Assembly: GCF_052106715.1 (NCBI RefSeq)
Contig: NZ_JBQEDL010000013.1
Location: forward strand, 27,645-91,644
Direction: 5' to 3'
DNA from: Gordonia sp. (in: high G+C Gram-positive bacteria)
GTDB taxonomy: Bacteria; Actinomycetota; Actinomycetes; Mycobacteriales; Mycobacteriaceae
DNA: 64,000 nt
Positions within the stretch are counted from its first letter, which is position 1. Each line of letters opens with the position of its first letter. The notes beneath the pieces are model-generated. The model had not been told where the DNA came from and made no database searches. It was given only the letters and a program-made list of their open reading frames with translations. The position numbers were made by a program, and so were the translations under genes. This document shows positions 11,797-20,491 of this stretch, in pieces.

Positions 11797-13149
11797 CTAC
11801 CTCCCCTCGTCGTCGGAACCGGGCGCCGAGGCGCCGAATCCCTTGATGAACACGATCGCGATCACCGCGACGCACAGGAAGATCAAGACGCTGATCGCCG
11901 ATCCCGTGCCCAGGTTGAACGCTTTGAACAGGTTGTTGTACCCGAGCATCGACACCGATCCGGTGTCGTGGTTCCCCGAGGTCAGAACGTAGATGTTGTC
12001 GAACACACGGAAGGCGTCGAGCGTGCGGAACAGCAGCGCGACGAGGATCGCCGGCTTCATCAACGGCAAGATCACCTTGAACAGGCGGGTCCACGCGCCC
12101 GCGCCGTCCATCTGCGCGGCCTTGAGTAGATCGTCTGGCACCAACGCCAAACCGGCGAGCAGCAGCAGCGCCATAAACGGCGTCGTCTTCCATACCTCGG
12201 CGAGGATGATCACCGCCAACGCGGGCATCTGACTGGTCAACGGCGTCGAACCGTCGGGCAGTAGATCGACGAGGTAGCCGGTGTCCGGCGTCCACGCATA
12301 CTTCCATGAGATGGCCGCCGCGACCGTCACGATGCCGTACGGGATCAGGACCACGGTGCGGACCAGTCCCCTGCCGAACATCGCGCGATGCATGACGAGC
12401 GCTATCGCCATGCCGATGACGAGCTCGATGATCACCGAGATCACCGTGATGTAGAGCGTCACCCACAGGGCCGTCCACCAGTAGCCGCTGCCGAGGACGG
12501 TGCCGTAGTTGCTGAGTCCGACGAACTCGCCCGAGCCCGGCTCGCGCAGGTTCTCGTTGGTCAGCGACAACCAGAACGAGTAGATGATCGGGTAACCGGT
12601 CACGAGGAGCATCACCAGCGCGGCGGGGCCTGCGAGGAGCAGGGCCAGACGTCGCTCAGACGACCGGCGGCCGCTCTTGACCCCCTTCTTCGTCGCGCCC
12701 GCCGCCCTCGCGCCGACCGCCTGCGCACCCTTCGCCTGGGTCGCAGGCTCGGCACGCCGGTCGTCCTCGAGAATGTCCGACATCGCCATTGCGGTCCCCG
12801 GCTGAGCGGGTGCCGGTCGACGCTCCTGCGCCGGATTACGCGGCGGCACGATCGACTCCGCAGACGGCTGCGCCGCCTGCTCCTGTGGCTCCTGAGGCTT
12901 CGGGACGACGGTTCGCGACTGATGTCCGGTCGCCGTCGGACGCGTCGGCTCACTGCCGGGCGCCACCCACATATCCGAGTGAACGGTCGGGACGGGGCCG
13001 GTCTGCTCGACGGGCCGCTCGGGAGCGCGATCCTCGGGACGCGCGTGACGGCCGGGTTTCATATCCGGCCCCTCGCCGTGCGGCGTCAGGCCACCGGAGT
13101 TGGCCGGTTGGTCCCGGTTCGTCTCGTCGTTGTTGTCATCACTGGTCAC
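11797..13149 (-). CDS. sugA: Trehalose ABC importer permease SugA with a ~140-aa N-terminal low-complexity extension
   Basis: MalF-type core with an EAA loop ([22 protein letters not shown]). GTG start at 13149 overlaps the lpqY TGA (GTGA). The extension has GC3 of roughly 78%. Internal ATGs (MAMSDILED) are alternative starts. Confidence 0.85.
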   Translation of the reverse strand: MTSDDNNDETNRDQPANSGGLTPHGEGPDMKPGRHARPEDRAPERPVEQTGPVPTVHSDMWVAPGSEPTRPTATGHQSRTVVPKPQEPQEQAAQPSAESIVPPRNPAQERRPAPAQPGTAMAMSDILEDDRRAEPATQAKGAQAVGARAAGATKKGVKSGRRSSERRLALLLAGPAALVMLLVTGYPIIYSFWLSLTNENLREPGSGEFVGLSNYGTVLGSGYWWTALWVTLYITVISVIIELVIGMAIALVMHRAMFGRGLVRTVVLIPYGIVTVAAAISWKYAWTPDTGYLVDLLPDGSTPLTSQMPALAVIILAEVWKTTPFMALLLLAGLALVPDDLLKAAQMDGAGAWTRLFKVILPLMKPAILVALLFRTLDAFRVFDNIYVLTSGNHDTGSVSMLGYNNLFKAFNLGTGSAISVLIFLCVAVIAIVFIKGFGASAPGSDDEGR

Positions 13150-14624
13150 GGGACGATCCCCTCCCCGTCGATGGCGTCCTGCGAGACGCGAGCGAGCTCG
13201 TCGGCCTTACTCTCGGGATCCCACTGGCCCACCGGACTGAGCGTCGCGGTGATCGCCGTGGACATGTCCTGATAGCGAGGAGTGGCCGGGCGCGGTGCCG
13301 CGCCCTCGTCGAGCTGACGCCGGACGATCTCGTACATCGGATACGCGAGTTGGAACTCGGCGTCGTTGTACAGCGACTCGATTGTCGGCGGGGTTCCGCC
13401 GCGCACCGCGTACACCTTCTGCGCCTGCGCATCGGTGAGGCACGACGCCGCCTTGAACGACAGATCCTGCTGCTTGGACGTCGACGCGACGCCGACGTTG
13501 AAGCCACCGGGGGTCGACTTGGCCGTGCCTGCGCCAGCGATGCCCGGGTACGCGGCGAAACTGAAATTCTTACGCGTCGCGTCGTTGACCTTCGCAATCC
13601 GCGGATCGGTCGGGTCGTCGGCGGTGGCGTCGATGATCTCCTTGAACTGGGTCAGCGAGTCTCCCATGATCTTGGCCTCGCCCGCCGCCCCGTTCTCCTT
13701 GATGCCCGCGAAAACGAACGGCCAGTTGATCTCGAAGGCGCCCTTGCCCGCCTCCATATCCGTGCGAGCAGTGCCCTCGTCGGAGTTGGAGATCGACGGG
13801 TCAGCGCCGGGCGCGGTCGCCACCCTGCGCATCACCGTCAGCGCCTCGACCGTCGCCGCGCGGTGCTCCGGAGTGTCGGTCAAGGTGACCTTGGTCGGAT
13901 CGTCTGGGTCAAGTATCTCGCCGCCCGCAGACTGCAGAAGCGAGTTGAACCACACCATGAGACCCTCATACTGCTTGGCCTGCAACAGAATTGCGGCCGG
14001 TCCGCCAGCGTCCTTGATCTTCGCGGCGTCGTCGAGCATCCCCTGCCACGTCGTCGGAGCCTTCGTGGTGTCGATGGTGTCCTTCATCAGGTCCGGGCGG
14101 TACCAGAGCATCTGACTGTTAGCCCACAGCGGAATCGCATAGAGGCTCTTGCCTGCGTCGTCCTCGCGCTCCCATTCGGCGGTCGCCAGCGGGCCCGGAA
14201 GATTGGTCTGCCTGGTCTTCGCCGCGAGATCGTCCGGGACGCGTACCACCCACCCGGCGTCGGCGAACTCCGCGGTCCAGACGACGTCCATCGCCATCAG
14301 ATCCAGACCTGCGTCATTGCCCGCGAGACGTCGCGCCAATTGGAGGCGCTGCATGTCGGCTTCCTTCGGGAGCATGTTCATCGCGATGCGGTACTCGCCG
14401 TTAGAGTCGTCGCTGCACCGCTGCGCCACTTCGCTGATGTAGTCGAAGCCGTCGGCAGCCGCGTACATGTTGATGACGCCCTCGTCGTAGTCCGAACCGC
14501 ACGCGGTGAGCATCGGCGCGGCGACCGCTGTCGCGACGCCCGCGATCGCCAACTTCGTCCATAGCCGGCGTCGACGCGGTGGACTAGCACCGATCCCGTC
14601 GCCGGAGGATTCCTCTGGTCGCAT
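13146..14624 (-). CDS. lpqY: Trehalose-binding lipoprotein LpqY
   Basis: Lipobox APMLTACGS and a family-1 sugar-binding protein. ATG 14624 lies 10 nt downstream of AGGAGG (revcomp of 14635-14640); the ORF-track start at 14633 is a TTG only 1 nt from that SD. Confidence 0.9.
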   Translation of the reverse strand: MRPEESSGDGIGASPPRRRRLWTKLAIAGVATAVAAPMLTACGSDYDEGVINMYAAADGFDYISEVAQRCSDDSNGEYRIAMNMLPKEADMQRLQLARRLAGNDAGLDLMAMDVVWTAEFADAGWVVRVPDDLAAKTRQTNLPGPLATAEWEREDDAGKSLYAIPLWANSQMLWYRPDLMKDTIDTTKAPTTWQGMLDDAAKIKDAGGPAAILLQAKQYEGLMVWFNSLLQSAGGEILDPDDPTKVTLTDTPEHRAATVEALTVMRRVATAPGADPSISNSDEGTARTDMEAGKGAFEINWPFVFAGIKENGAAGEAKIMGDSLTQFKEIIDATADDPTDPRIAKVNDATRKNFSFAAYPGIAGAGTAKSTPGGFNVGVASTSKQQDLSFKAASCLTDAQAQKVYAVRGGTPPTIESLYNDAEFQLAYPMYEIVRRQLDEGAAPRPATPRYQDMSTAITATLSPVGQWDPESKADELARVSQDAIDGEGIVP

Positions 14625-14639
14625 TCCCGCCAAGCCTCC

Positions 14640-14682
14640 TACCCTGAGAATCGGCTATGAAAGCCGATGTGCGAGTAGGGTA
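14640..14682 (-). promoter_or_regulatory. Two-tier hairpin abutting the lpqY Shine-Dalgarno sequence
   Basis: Inner perfect 7-bp stem ATCGGCT (14650-14656) / AGCCGAT (14662-14668). Outer 6-bp stem TACCCT (14640-14645) / AGGGTA (14677-14682). nt 14640 is also the first base of the SD. Confidence 0.4.
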
Positions 14683-14742
14683 TCGCACCCGCGAGTGACA
14701 CATCGCACATCCCATGCGTACGTGTCCTGAGCCGCGCTTTTC

Positions 14743-15222
14743 TCAGATGGCGAGTCTGGCCAACATGTCACGCGCCTGCTCGGCGGTCTTCGGATCGCAC
14801 AGCACGTCGTAACGCCCGGCCACCAACTGCATGGACGATGTGAAATCGCGCTGCCCACGGCTCGCCGCGTACGGGATCGCCGCCGAGATCAGGCCGAACA
14901 CCATGCCCGCGATCACGCCGTACACGATCGGCACCCACGGGTTGTCCGACGAGAAGAAGCTGATCAGCGCGCCGAGAAACAGTCCGAGCCACGCGCCGGA
15001 CACGACGCCTCCACCGATCACCTTGCCCCAGGTCAACCGTCCGAGAACTCGCTCCACCTGCATCAGGTCCACGCCGACGATCGTCAGGTTCTCAACGTGG
15101 AAGTGGTTGTCCGAGAGGTGGTCGACCGCGCGCTGCGCCTGCGCGTACGTGTCGTACGAGCCGACCGGCCACCCTTTCGGAGGCGTCGGCAGTCCCGGCG
15201 TCTGTCGCATCGGGTTCGTCAT
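14743..15222 (-). CDS. Small membrane protein, Rv1234 homologue (GsiB/17M-like N-terminal domain plus TM helices)
   Basis: GWPVGSYDTYAQAQRAVDHLSDNHF N-domain followed by two or three hydrophobic helices. Conserved position next to lpqY. Confidence 0.75.
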   Translation of the reverse strand: MTNPMRQTPGLPTPPKGWPVGSYDTYAQAQRAVDHLSDNHFHVENLTIVGVDLMQVERVLGRLTWGKVIGGGVVSGAWLGLFLGALISFFSSDNPWVPIVYGVIAGMVFGLISAAIPYAASRGQRDFTSSMQLVAGRYDVLCDPKTAEQARDMLARLAI

Positions 15223-15287
15223 GGCTTCACTCCTGTCACAAACGTCCGTGCACTCACTTCTGCGCTGCGTCTTTTACCCTTATATGT

Positions 15288-16568
15288 ATGACGCCTGCCC
15301 AGAAGGTCTATGTGGCCAGACTAGTCGGCCTTGCAGTCCTCGGTCCGGACGGTGAGTCGATCGGCCGTGTACGCGACGTCGTCATCTCGATGCACCTACC
15401 CGGCCAGCAACCGCGCGCCCTCGGTCTCGCCGTCGAGTTGACGACGCGACGGCGCATCTTTGTGCCGATGCTCCGGGTGACGAGCATTGAGCCGGACGCC
15501 GTCACTCTCACCACCGGGCATGTCAACCTACGAAAGCTCAGTTTGCGACCCAATGAGGCGCTTGCGATCGGCCAGGTCCTCGACAGCATGGTCCGCACCG
15601 ACGACCCCGATTACCCGGAGCTGCACGGTGCGGATCTGACTGTCGTCGACATCGGGATCGAGCGGAATCGGAACCGCGACTGGATGGTCAGTCGCGTCGC
15701 GCTCCGTCCGACACGAAAGGGACTGCGCAGGCGCGGCGAGACGATGGTCGTCGACTGGCGGCACATCGTCGGCATGAATCGCCTTGAACTGGCTCGCATC
15801 GGACAAGGCGTCGAACGTGCCCTCGCTCAGTTCGAGACGATGCGCCCGGCCGACGTCGCCAATGCCTTACGTGAGCTCCCCGACAAGCGACGCAACGAGA
15901 TCGCCGCGGCCCTCGACAACGAGCGACTCGCAGACATCCTGCAGGAGCTGCCGACCGACGATCAGAGCGACGTGCTCGCCAGCCTGAAGCCAGAACGCGC
16001 AGGCGATGTGCTCGAGGCGATGGATCCCGACGACGTCGCCGACCTCGTCGCCGAACTCCCAGCGTCCGAAGCCGAGGCTCTCCTGGCCCGCATGGATCCC
16101 GAAGAGTCAGAGTCGGTCCGCCGACTGCTGCTGCACTCGCCCGACACCGCGGGCGGTGTGATGACGCCCGAGCCACTGATTCTGACCGCGAACGCCAACG
16201 TCTCCGAAGCGCTCGCTCGCATTCGTGACCCCGACATCAACTCGGCTGGCGCCAGCATGGTCTTCGTCGTCCGCCCCCCGACCAACACACCGACCGGAAA
16301 GTTCCTCGGGGCGGTGCACATCCAACGGTTGCTCCGGGAGCCGCCCGCCGATCTCGTCGGCGGCATCCTCGACTCGGAGATGCCCCGCCTGCATCCTGAT
16401 GACTCGTTGGAGACGATGACCCGATTCTTCGCCACCTACAACCTCGTGTGCGCGCCCGTCGTCGACGACGCCGCCCACTTGTTGGGCGCGGTTCAGGTCG
16501 ACGACTTGTTAGACGCACTGCTGCCGCGCGACTGGCGCGAGAACGATCCGGAAGGGCAGGTCCTGTGA
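15288..16568 (+). CDS. Cytosolic PRC-barrel / MgtE-N / CBS-pair protein (Rv1232c homologue)
   Basis: N-terminal PRC-like block (LVGLAVLGPDGESIGRVRDVV). Acidic MgtE_N-type helical repeats (ELPDKRRNEIAAALDNERLADILQELPTDDQSDVL). C-terminal CBS pair. No TM segments. Confidence 0.8.
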   Translation: MTPAQKVYVARLVGLAVLGPDGESIGRVRDVVISMHLPGQQPRALGLAVELTTRRRIFVPMLRVTSIEPDAVTLTTGHVNLRKLSLRPNEALAIGQVLDSMVRTDDPDYPELHGADLTVVDIGIERNRNRDWMVSRVALRPTRKGLRRRGETMVVDWRHIVGMNRLELARIGQGVERALAQFETMRPADVANALRELPDKRRNEIAAALDNERLADILQELPTDDQSDVLASLKPERAGDVLEAMDPDDVADLVAELPASEAEALLARMDPEESESVRRLLLHSPDTAGGVMTPEPLILTANANVSEALARIRDPDINSAGASMVFVVRPPTNTPTGKFLGAVHIQRLLREPPADLVGGILDSEMPRLHPDDSLETMTRFFATYNLVCAPVVDDAAHLLGAVQVDDLLDALLPRDWRENDPEGQVL

Positions 16569-17092
16569 GCCCGCGCCACCTCGACACCCCAGCCGACAGT
16601 CGGCGCCGGTTCCAATTCAATCTCGACTCCGATGTCGTCGGCGTCTACAGCGAACGCGTCGCCCGCTTCCTCGGCACCGGCCGCTATCTCGCCATTCAGA
16701 CGATCATCGTCATCGTCTGGATCTTCTTCAACATCGGCGTGTTCGCGTTCGAATGGGATCCGTACCCGTTCATCCTGCTCAATCTCGCGTTCTCCACGCA
16801 GGCCGCTTACGCGGCTCCGTTGATTCTCCTGGCGCAGAACCGTCAGGAGAACCGCGACCGGATCTCGCTTGACGAGGACCGGCGTCGCGCAGCCCAGACC
16901 AAGGACGACACCGAGTTCCTCGCGCGCGAACTCGCCGCAGTCCGAATTGCGGTCGGCGATACCGTGACCCGCGACTATCTCCGCCGCGAACTCGAGGACG
17001 CCGTCGAAGAAGTCGCCGAACGAGTCGCCGCGAAGCTGCGGGACGACCCGTCTGATGACCCATCGGACCAATCCGGTATGAAACAGGACTGA
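16565..17092 (+). CDS. DUF1003 family membrane protein (Rv1231c homologue)
   Basis: GTG 16565 overlaps the upstream TGA (GTGA). Two TM helices, then LILLAQNRQENRDR and a charged coiled tail. The ORF-track start at 16448 would overlap the previous gene by 120 nt. Confidence 0.8.
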   Translation: MSPRHLDTPADSRRRFQFNLDSDVVGVYSERVARFLGTGRYLAIQTIIVIVWIFFNIGVFAFEWDPYPFILLNLAFSTQAAYAAPLILLAQNRQENRDRISLDEDRRRAAQTKDDTEFLARELAAVRIAVGDTVTRDYLRRELEDAVEEVAERVAAKLRDDPSDDPSDQSGMKQD

Positions 17093-17186
17093 GCACCCTG
17101 TATGCTTGCTCACAGCCAGCCGCGGGGGTGGAAAAGGACATACACCCACGGACCGCGCGATTGACGCTCGACTGGAGTTCGCACAT

Positions 17187-18272
17187 ATGGGGATGAGTTT
17201 TCGGCACAGCCCGGGACAGGCGCACGTGCCACGACGCACCGTCGCCGTTGGGGTGGGCACAGTAGCCGTCGGTGCGGTCCTACTGGGCGGTATGTCTGCT
17301 GGTGCGACGTCGGTGACGTCCGCGCAAGGCCCGGCGAACATCGGTCCCTCGTTCTTGGCTTCCAGCGACTCCGCCGTCGTCGCGGTCGACGACGTGACGC
17401 AGGTCGTCCCGTCACAGAGCGGCGAGCTGCTGGGGTTCGCACCACCGTCCAGCCCTGACGTCGACGATCCCGACTCGGTGGCTCAGTTCCGGATCGCCGC
17501 GAACCTGCCGTCCGGACCGCTCGGCATCCCAGGGATAATGCTCAAGGCCTACAAGCTGGCCGCCACCCGCGTCGCCGCGGAGTCGCCGCAGTGCAAACTT
17601 CCGTGGTTCTTGCTGGCAGGCATCGGCCGCATCGAGTCTGGGCATGCAGGCGACGGCAACGTCGACCGCTATGGCAACACACTCACCGACATCCGTGGCC
17701 CAGTCCTCGACGGCTCGCTCGCAGGCAATGCAGTGATCACCGACTCCGACGGCGGCGACCTCGACGGCGACCACGGCCACGACCGCGCGATGGGGCCGAT
17801 GCAGTTCATTCCGAGCACGTGGAAGAGCTGGGGTTCGGACGCCAACGGTGACGGAAAAGCCAATCCGGACAACGTGTTCGACGCCACCTTCTCCGCGGGC
17901 CGGTACCTGTGCTCCGGCGTCACCGACATCATGTCGTCGTCCAACAAGGTCGCCGCGGTTATGCGTTACAACCATTCCGTCGCGTACGCCAACAACGTTC
18001 TGGGCTGGGCTGCGGCCTACGCTTCGGGTGTGATGCCGACCTCGCCGATCCCGGAGATGTCGACACCGCCGAAGGACGACGAGAAGCCGGACAAGAAGAA
18101 GGACCGCGACAAGGATCGCGACAAGCCGTCGAAATCGTCCAAGCCCAGCAAGCCGTCGACGAAGAAGCCGTCGACTCCCCCGTCGTCGAGCACAAAGCCG
18201 AAGCCGACACCGAAGCCGCAGTGCCTCGGTCCGATCTGCCTGCCGCCGCCGCCCGTACTCCCGGCGCCCTGA
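17187..18272 (+). CDS. Secreted/membrane-anchored lytic transglycosylase-domain protein (Rv1230c homologue) with Lys/Pro-rich tail
   Basis: LLAGIGRIESGHAG ... AMGPMQFIPSTWKSWGSDANGDGKANPDNVFDA (SLT-2-type catalytic region). N-terminal TM/signal segment. C-terminal KPSKSSKPSKPSTKKP low-complexity region. Start uncertain (17106 or 17187). Confidence 0.8.
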   Translation: MGMSFRHSPGQAHVPRRTVAVGVGTVAVGAVLLGGMSAGATSVTSAQGPANIGPSFLASSDSAVVAVDDVTQVVPSQSGELLGFAPPSSPDVDDPDSVAQFRIAANLPSGPLGIPGIMLKAYKLAATRVAAESPQCKLPWFLLAGIGRIESGHAGDGNVDRYGNTLTDIRGPVLDGSLAGNAVITDSDGGDLDGDHGHDRAMGPMQFIPSTWKSWGSDANGDGKANPDNVFDATFSAGRYLCSGVTDIMSSSNKVAAVMRYNHSVAYANNVLGWAAAYASGVMPTSPIPEMSTPPKDDEKPDKKKDRDKDRDKPSKSSKPSKPSTKKPSTPPSSSTKPKPTPKPQCLGPICLPPPPVLPAP

Positions 18273-18311
18273 GGCGAGGCCGATCCCAGCGGCCCGGTAC
18301 CACTGACTAGA

Positions 18312-19457
18312 GTGAAGTCTGTGAGTACTCCTACCGAAGCCGACGTACGTTCAGCGCTCAGCAAGGTCGCCGATCCGGAGATCGGCAAGCCGATCACCGA
18401 CCTGGGGATGGTGAAATCGGTAGCGATCGCCGACGACGGAACCATCGATGTCGGCATCTTCCTGACGACGTCCGGTTGTCCTATGCAGACCGAGATCTCG
18501 CAACGAGTGTCCACCGCGGTGTCCGATGTCCCGGGCGTCGGTTCCGTCCGCGTGGAACTCGACGTGATGGACGACGAGCAGCGCACCGCGCTCCGCAAGA
18601 AGCTGCGCGGCGACCGCGCCGAGCCCGAGATCCCATTCGCCAAACCCGGCAACCTGACCCGCGTGTACGCGATCGCGTCGGGTAAGGGCGGTGTCGGAAA
18701 GTCGAGCGTCACTGTCAACCTGGCCACCGCGCTCGCCGAGCGCGGACTCTCGGTCGGCGTGCTCGACGCCGATATCTATGGACACAGCGTTCCCCGCATG
18801 CTCGGCAGCGACGCGAAGCCGACCCAAGTCGAGTCGATGATCATGCCGCCGCAGAGCCACGGCGTGCGATTCATCTCGATCGGCCAGTTCACCGATGGGA
18901 ACACCCCCGTCACCTGGCGTGGACCCATGCTGCACCGTGCGCTTCAGCAGTTCTTGGCCGACGTCTACTGGGGTGACCTGGACGTTCTTCTCCTCGACCT
19001 TCCCCCGGGGACCGGGGACGTCGCCATCTCGATCGCACAACTGATCCCAGGTGCCGAGATCCTCGTCGTCACAACCCCGCAGCAGGCCGCAGCCGAAGTC
19101 GCCGAGCGTGCGGGCGCGATCGCGTTGCAGACACGGCAGAAGATCCTCGGCGTCGTCGAGAACATGTCGTGGATGGAACTGCCCGACGGCTCACGCATGG
19201 AGCCGTTCGGCTCCGGCGGCGGACAGATCGTCGCCGATCGGCTCACGAAGGCCGTCGGCGCACCCGTCGAACTCCTCGGCCAGGTACCGCTCGAGCAGGA
19301 GCTCCGCGAAGGCGGCGACGCCGGAACTCCGGTCGTCCTGTCTCGACCGGACTCGGCCTCAGGCTCTGCCCTGCGCTCCATCGCCGACAAACTCGCCGTC
19401 CGACGGCGCGGCCTCGCAGGCATGAATCTCGGCATCGACACCACCCGGCACGACTGA
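18312..19457 (+). CDS. mrp: Mrp/ApbC Fe-S cluster carrier ATPase
   Basis: N-terminal DUF59/MIP18 domain (DPEIGKPITDLGMV). Deviant Walker A SGKGGVGKS. Rv1229c counterpart. GTG start at 18312 or 18321. Confidence 0.9.
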   Translation: MKSVSTPTEADVRSALSKVADPEIGKPITDLGMVKSVAIADDGTIDVGIFLTTSGCPMQTEISQRVSTAVSDVPGVGSVRVELDVMDDEQRTALRKKLRGDRAEPEIPFAKPGNLTRVYAIASGKGGVGKSSVTVNLATALAERGLSVGVLDADIYGHSVPRMLGSDAKPTQVESMIMPPQSHGVRFISIGQFTDGNTPVTWRGPMLHRALQQFLADVYWGDLDVLLLDLPPGTGDVAISIAQLIPGAEILVVTTPQQAAAEVAERAGAIALQTRQKILGVVENMSWMELPDGSRMEPFGSGGGQIVADRLTKAVGAPVELLGQVPLEQELREGGDAGTPVVLSRPDSASGSALRSIADKLAVRRRGLAGMNLGIDTTRHD

Positions 19458-19546
19458 CATCTTCGCATTCGGCGAGTCGGTGGAACCGAACAGCGCTACG
19501 GTGCGTCTAACTCAATAGGAGCCCAACCCAGCCCCAGGGAGTCGCA

Positions 19547-19861
19547 GTGAGCAACGACGTAGTCTCCGAGACCGCTGCCTGGTACGCCAGGATCGCAGCC
19601 GCTCGTGCCGCCGGGATCGAATTGGAGGAGTTGAGTGACGCATTAAGTAGGGTCGTCGGCGCAAACTACTTTGGTATCGGCTGCGAGGAAGGCCTCGTAC
19701 TTTTCACTCGCCTGCGAGCCGTGGTCGAGCACGGCACGAAACAACTCAAGGGTCTGGCGGCAACTGCCGAGCGCCTTGCCATCTCCGCAACAGATTGTCA
19801 GCGAGGGCTACAGCAATCAGACGCAGAGAACGGCACTTCGATACAAAGCCCGCCCAGATGA
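19547..19861 (+). CDS. Small helical hypothetical protein (possibly EspC/DUF2580-like type VII secretion-associated; weak)
   Basis: GTG start 7 nt after AGGGAG. 104 codons with atypical codon usage (tta, ata, cta, agg). Its stop overlaps the next start (ATGA). Only a loose resemblance to about-100-aa ESX-associated helical proteins. Confidence 0.55.
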   Translation: MSNDVVSETAAWYARIAAARAAGIELEELSDALSRVVGANYFGIGCEEGLVLFTRLRAVVEHGTKQLKGLAATAERLAISATDCQRGLQQSDAENGTSIQSPPR

Positions 19862-20481
19862 AAAATGGACGTCGCTACGTCACGCTCCTCTGTATCGTTT
19901 CCGCAGTTGCAGCCTGCACAACCAAATCCGACGATTCAATCGCCACCAGTTCCGTGACAAGTGGAATCCGGCAGGTCGATGATTACGGAAATCATCTGCC
20001 ATTCGATACACGTCACGACCGTCGTTGGAGCTCCGGCAATGACGGGACGAAATACGAGCCGTGCACGACGTTAGATGATGATGGACTGGCCGCCCTTAAC
20101 GTTGAACCGTTATCGGCAGCCGATGCTGCGGGGTCGAATGGGCAGACGCTCCGCGGCTGCAAATGGAGATATACCAGCACAGACACCGGTGATCGATGGA
20201 ACCTGAGTCAATTCGTTGGCAATTCCCCTGGTCTCGACTTCGCAAAGACTCGGCGATCAGGTGGCATCAACGAATGGCTCCCGGATGAGACTATCGCCGG
20301 CCGACAAGTGGGTGTCCACATCTATACGACCGGCGACCAATGCGACACTTACGTGCAGTCTGGGGGCGCGTCAGTCATCACGATGGTTACGCACTACGGA
20401 CAGAACCAACCACCCATCTCCGAGGTCTGCGACCGGGCGCTCGGTTTCACGCGGGCCACGATTGGGAAGATGCCGGTCTGA
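19858..20481 (+). CDS. DUF3558-like lipoprotein
   Basis: MKNGRRYVTLLCIVSAVAACTTKSDD (signal peptide plus lipobox AAC). Conserved Cys pattern PC..L...GC.W ... QCD ... VC, as I recall for DUF3558 actinobacterial lipoproteins. About 54% GC. Confidence 0.65.
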   Translation: MKNGRRYVTLLCIVSAVAACTTKSDDSIATSSVTSGIRQVDDYGNHLPFDTRHDRRWSSGNDGTKYEPCTTLDDDGLAALNVEPLSAADAAGSNGQTLRGCKWRYTSTDTGDRWNLSQFVGNSPGLDFAKTRRSGGINEWLPDETIAGRQVGVHIYTTGDQCDTYVQSGGASVITMVTHYGQNQPPISEVCDRALGFTRATIGKMPV

Positions 20482-20491
20482 ACTGCTCGGA

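Noticed and set aside
12789-14564. 591-aa plus-strand ORF antisense to lpqY/sugA
   Set aside because: Antisense to genes with clear lipobox and permease signatures. Arg-rich artefact composition.
17121-17157. Hairpin CGCGG-GGGTG...CACCC-ACGGA-CCGCG upstream of the lytic transglycosylase gene, considered as a ydaO (c-di-AMP) riboswitch of the kind found before actinobacterial cell-wall hydrolase genes
   Set aside because: The available spacer (about 95 nt) is too short for the pseudo-two-fold ydaO fold, and I could not find its conserved sequence blocks. It is more likely a simple stem-loop after the DUF1003 gene. A covariance-model scan (Rfam RF00379) would settle it.
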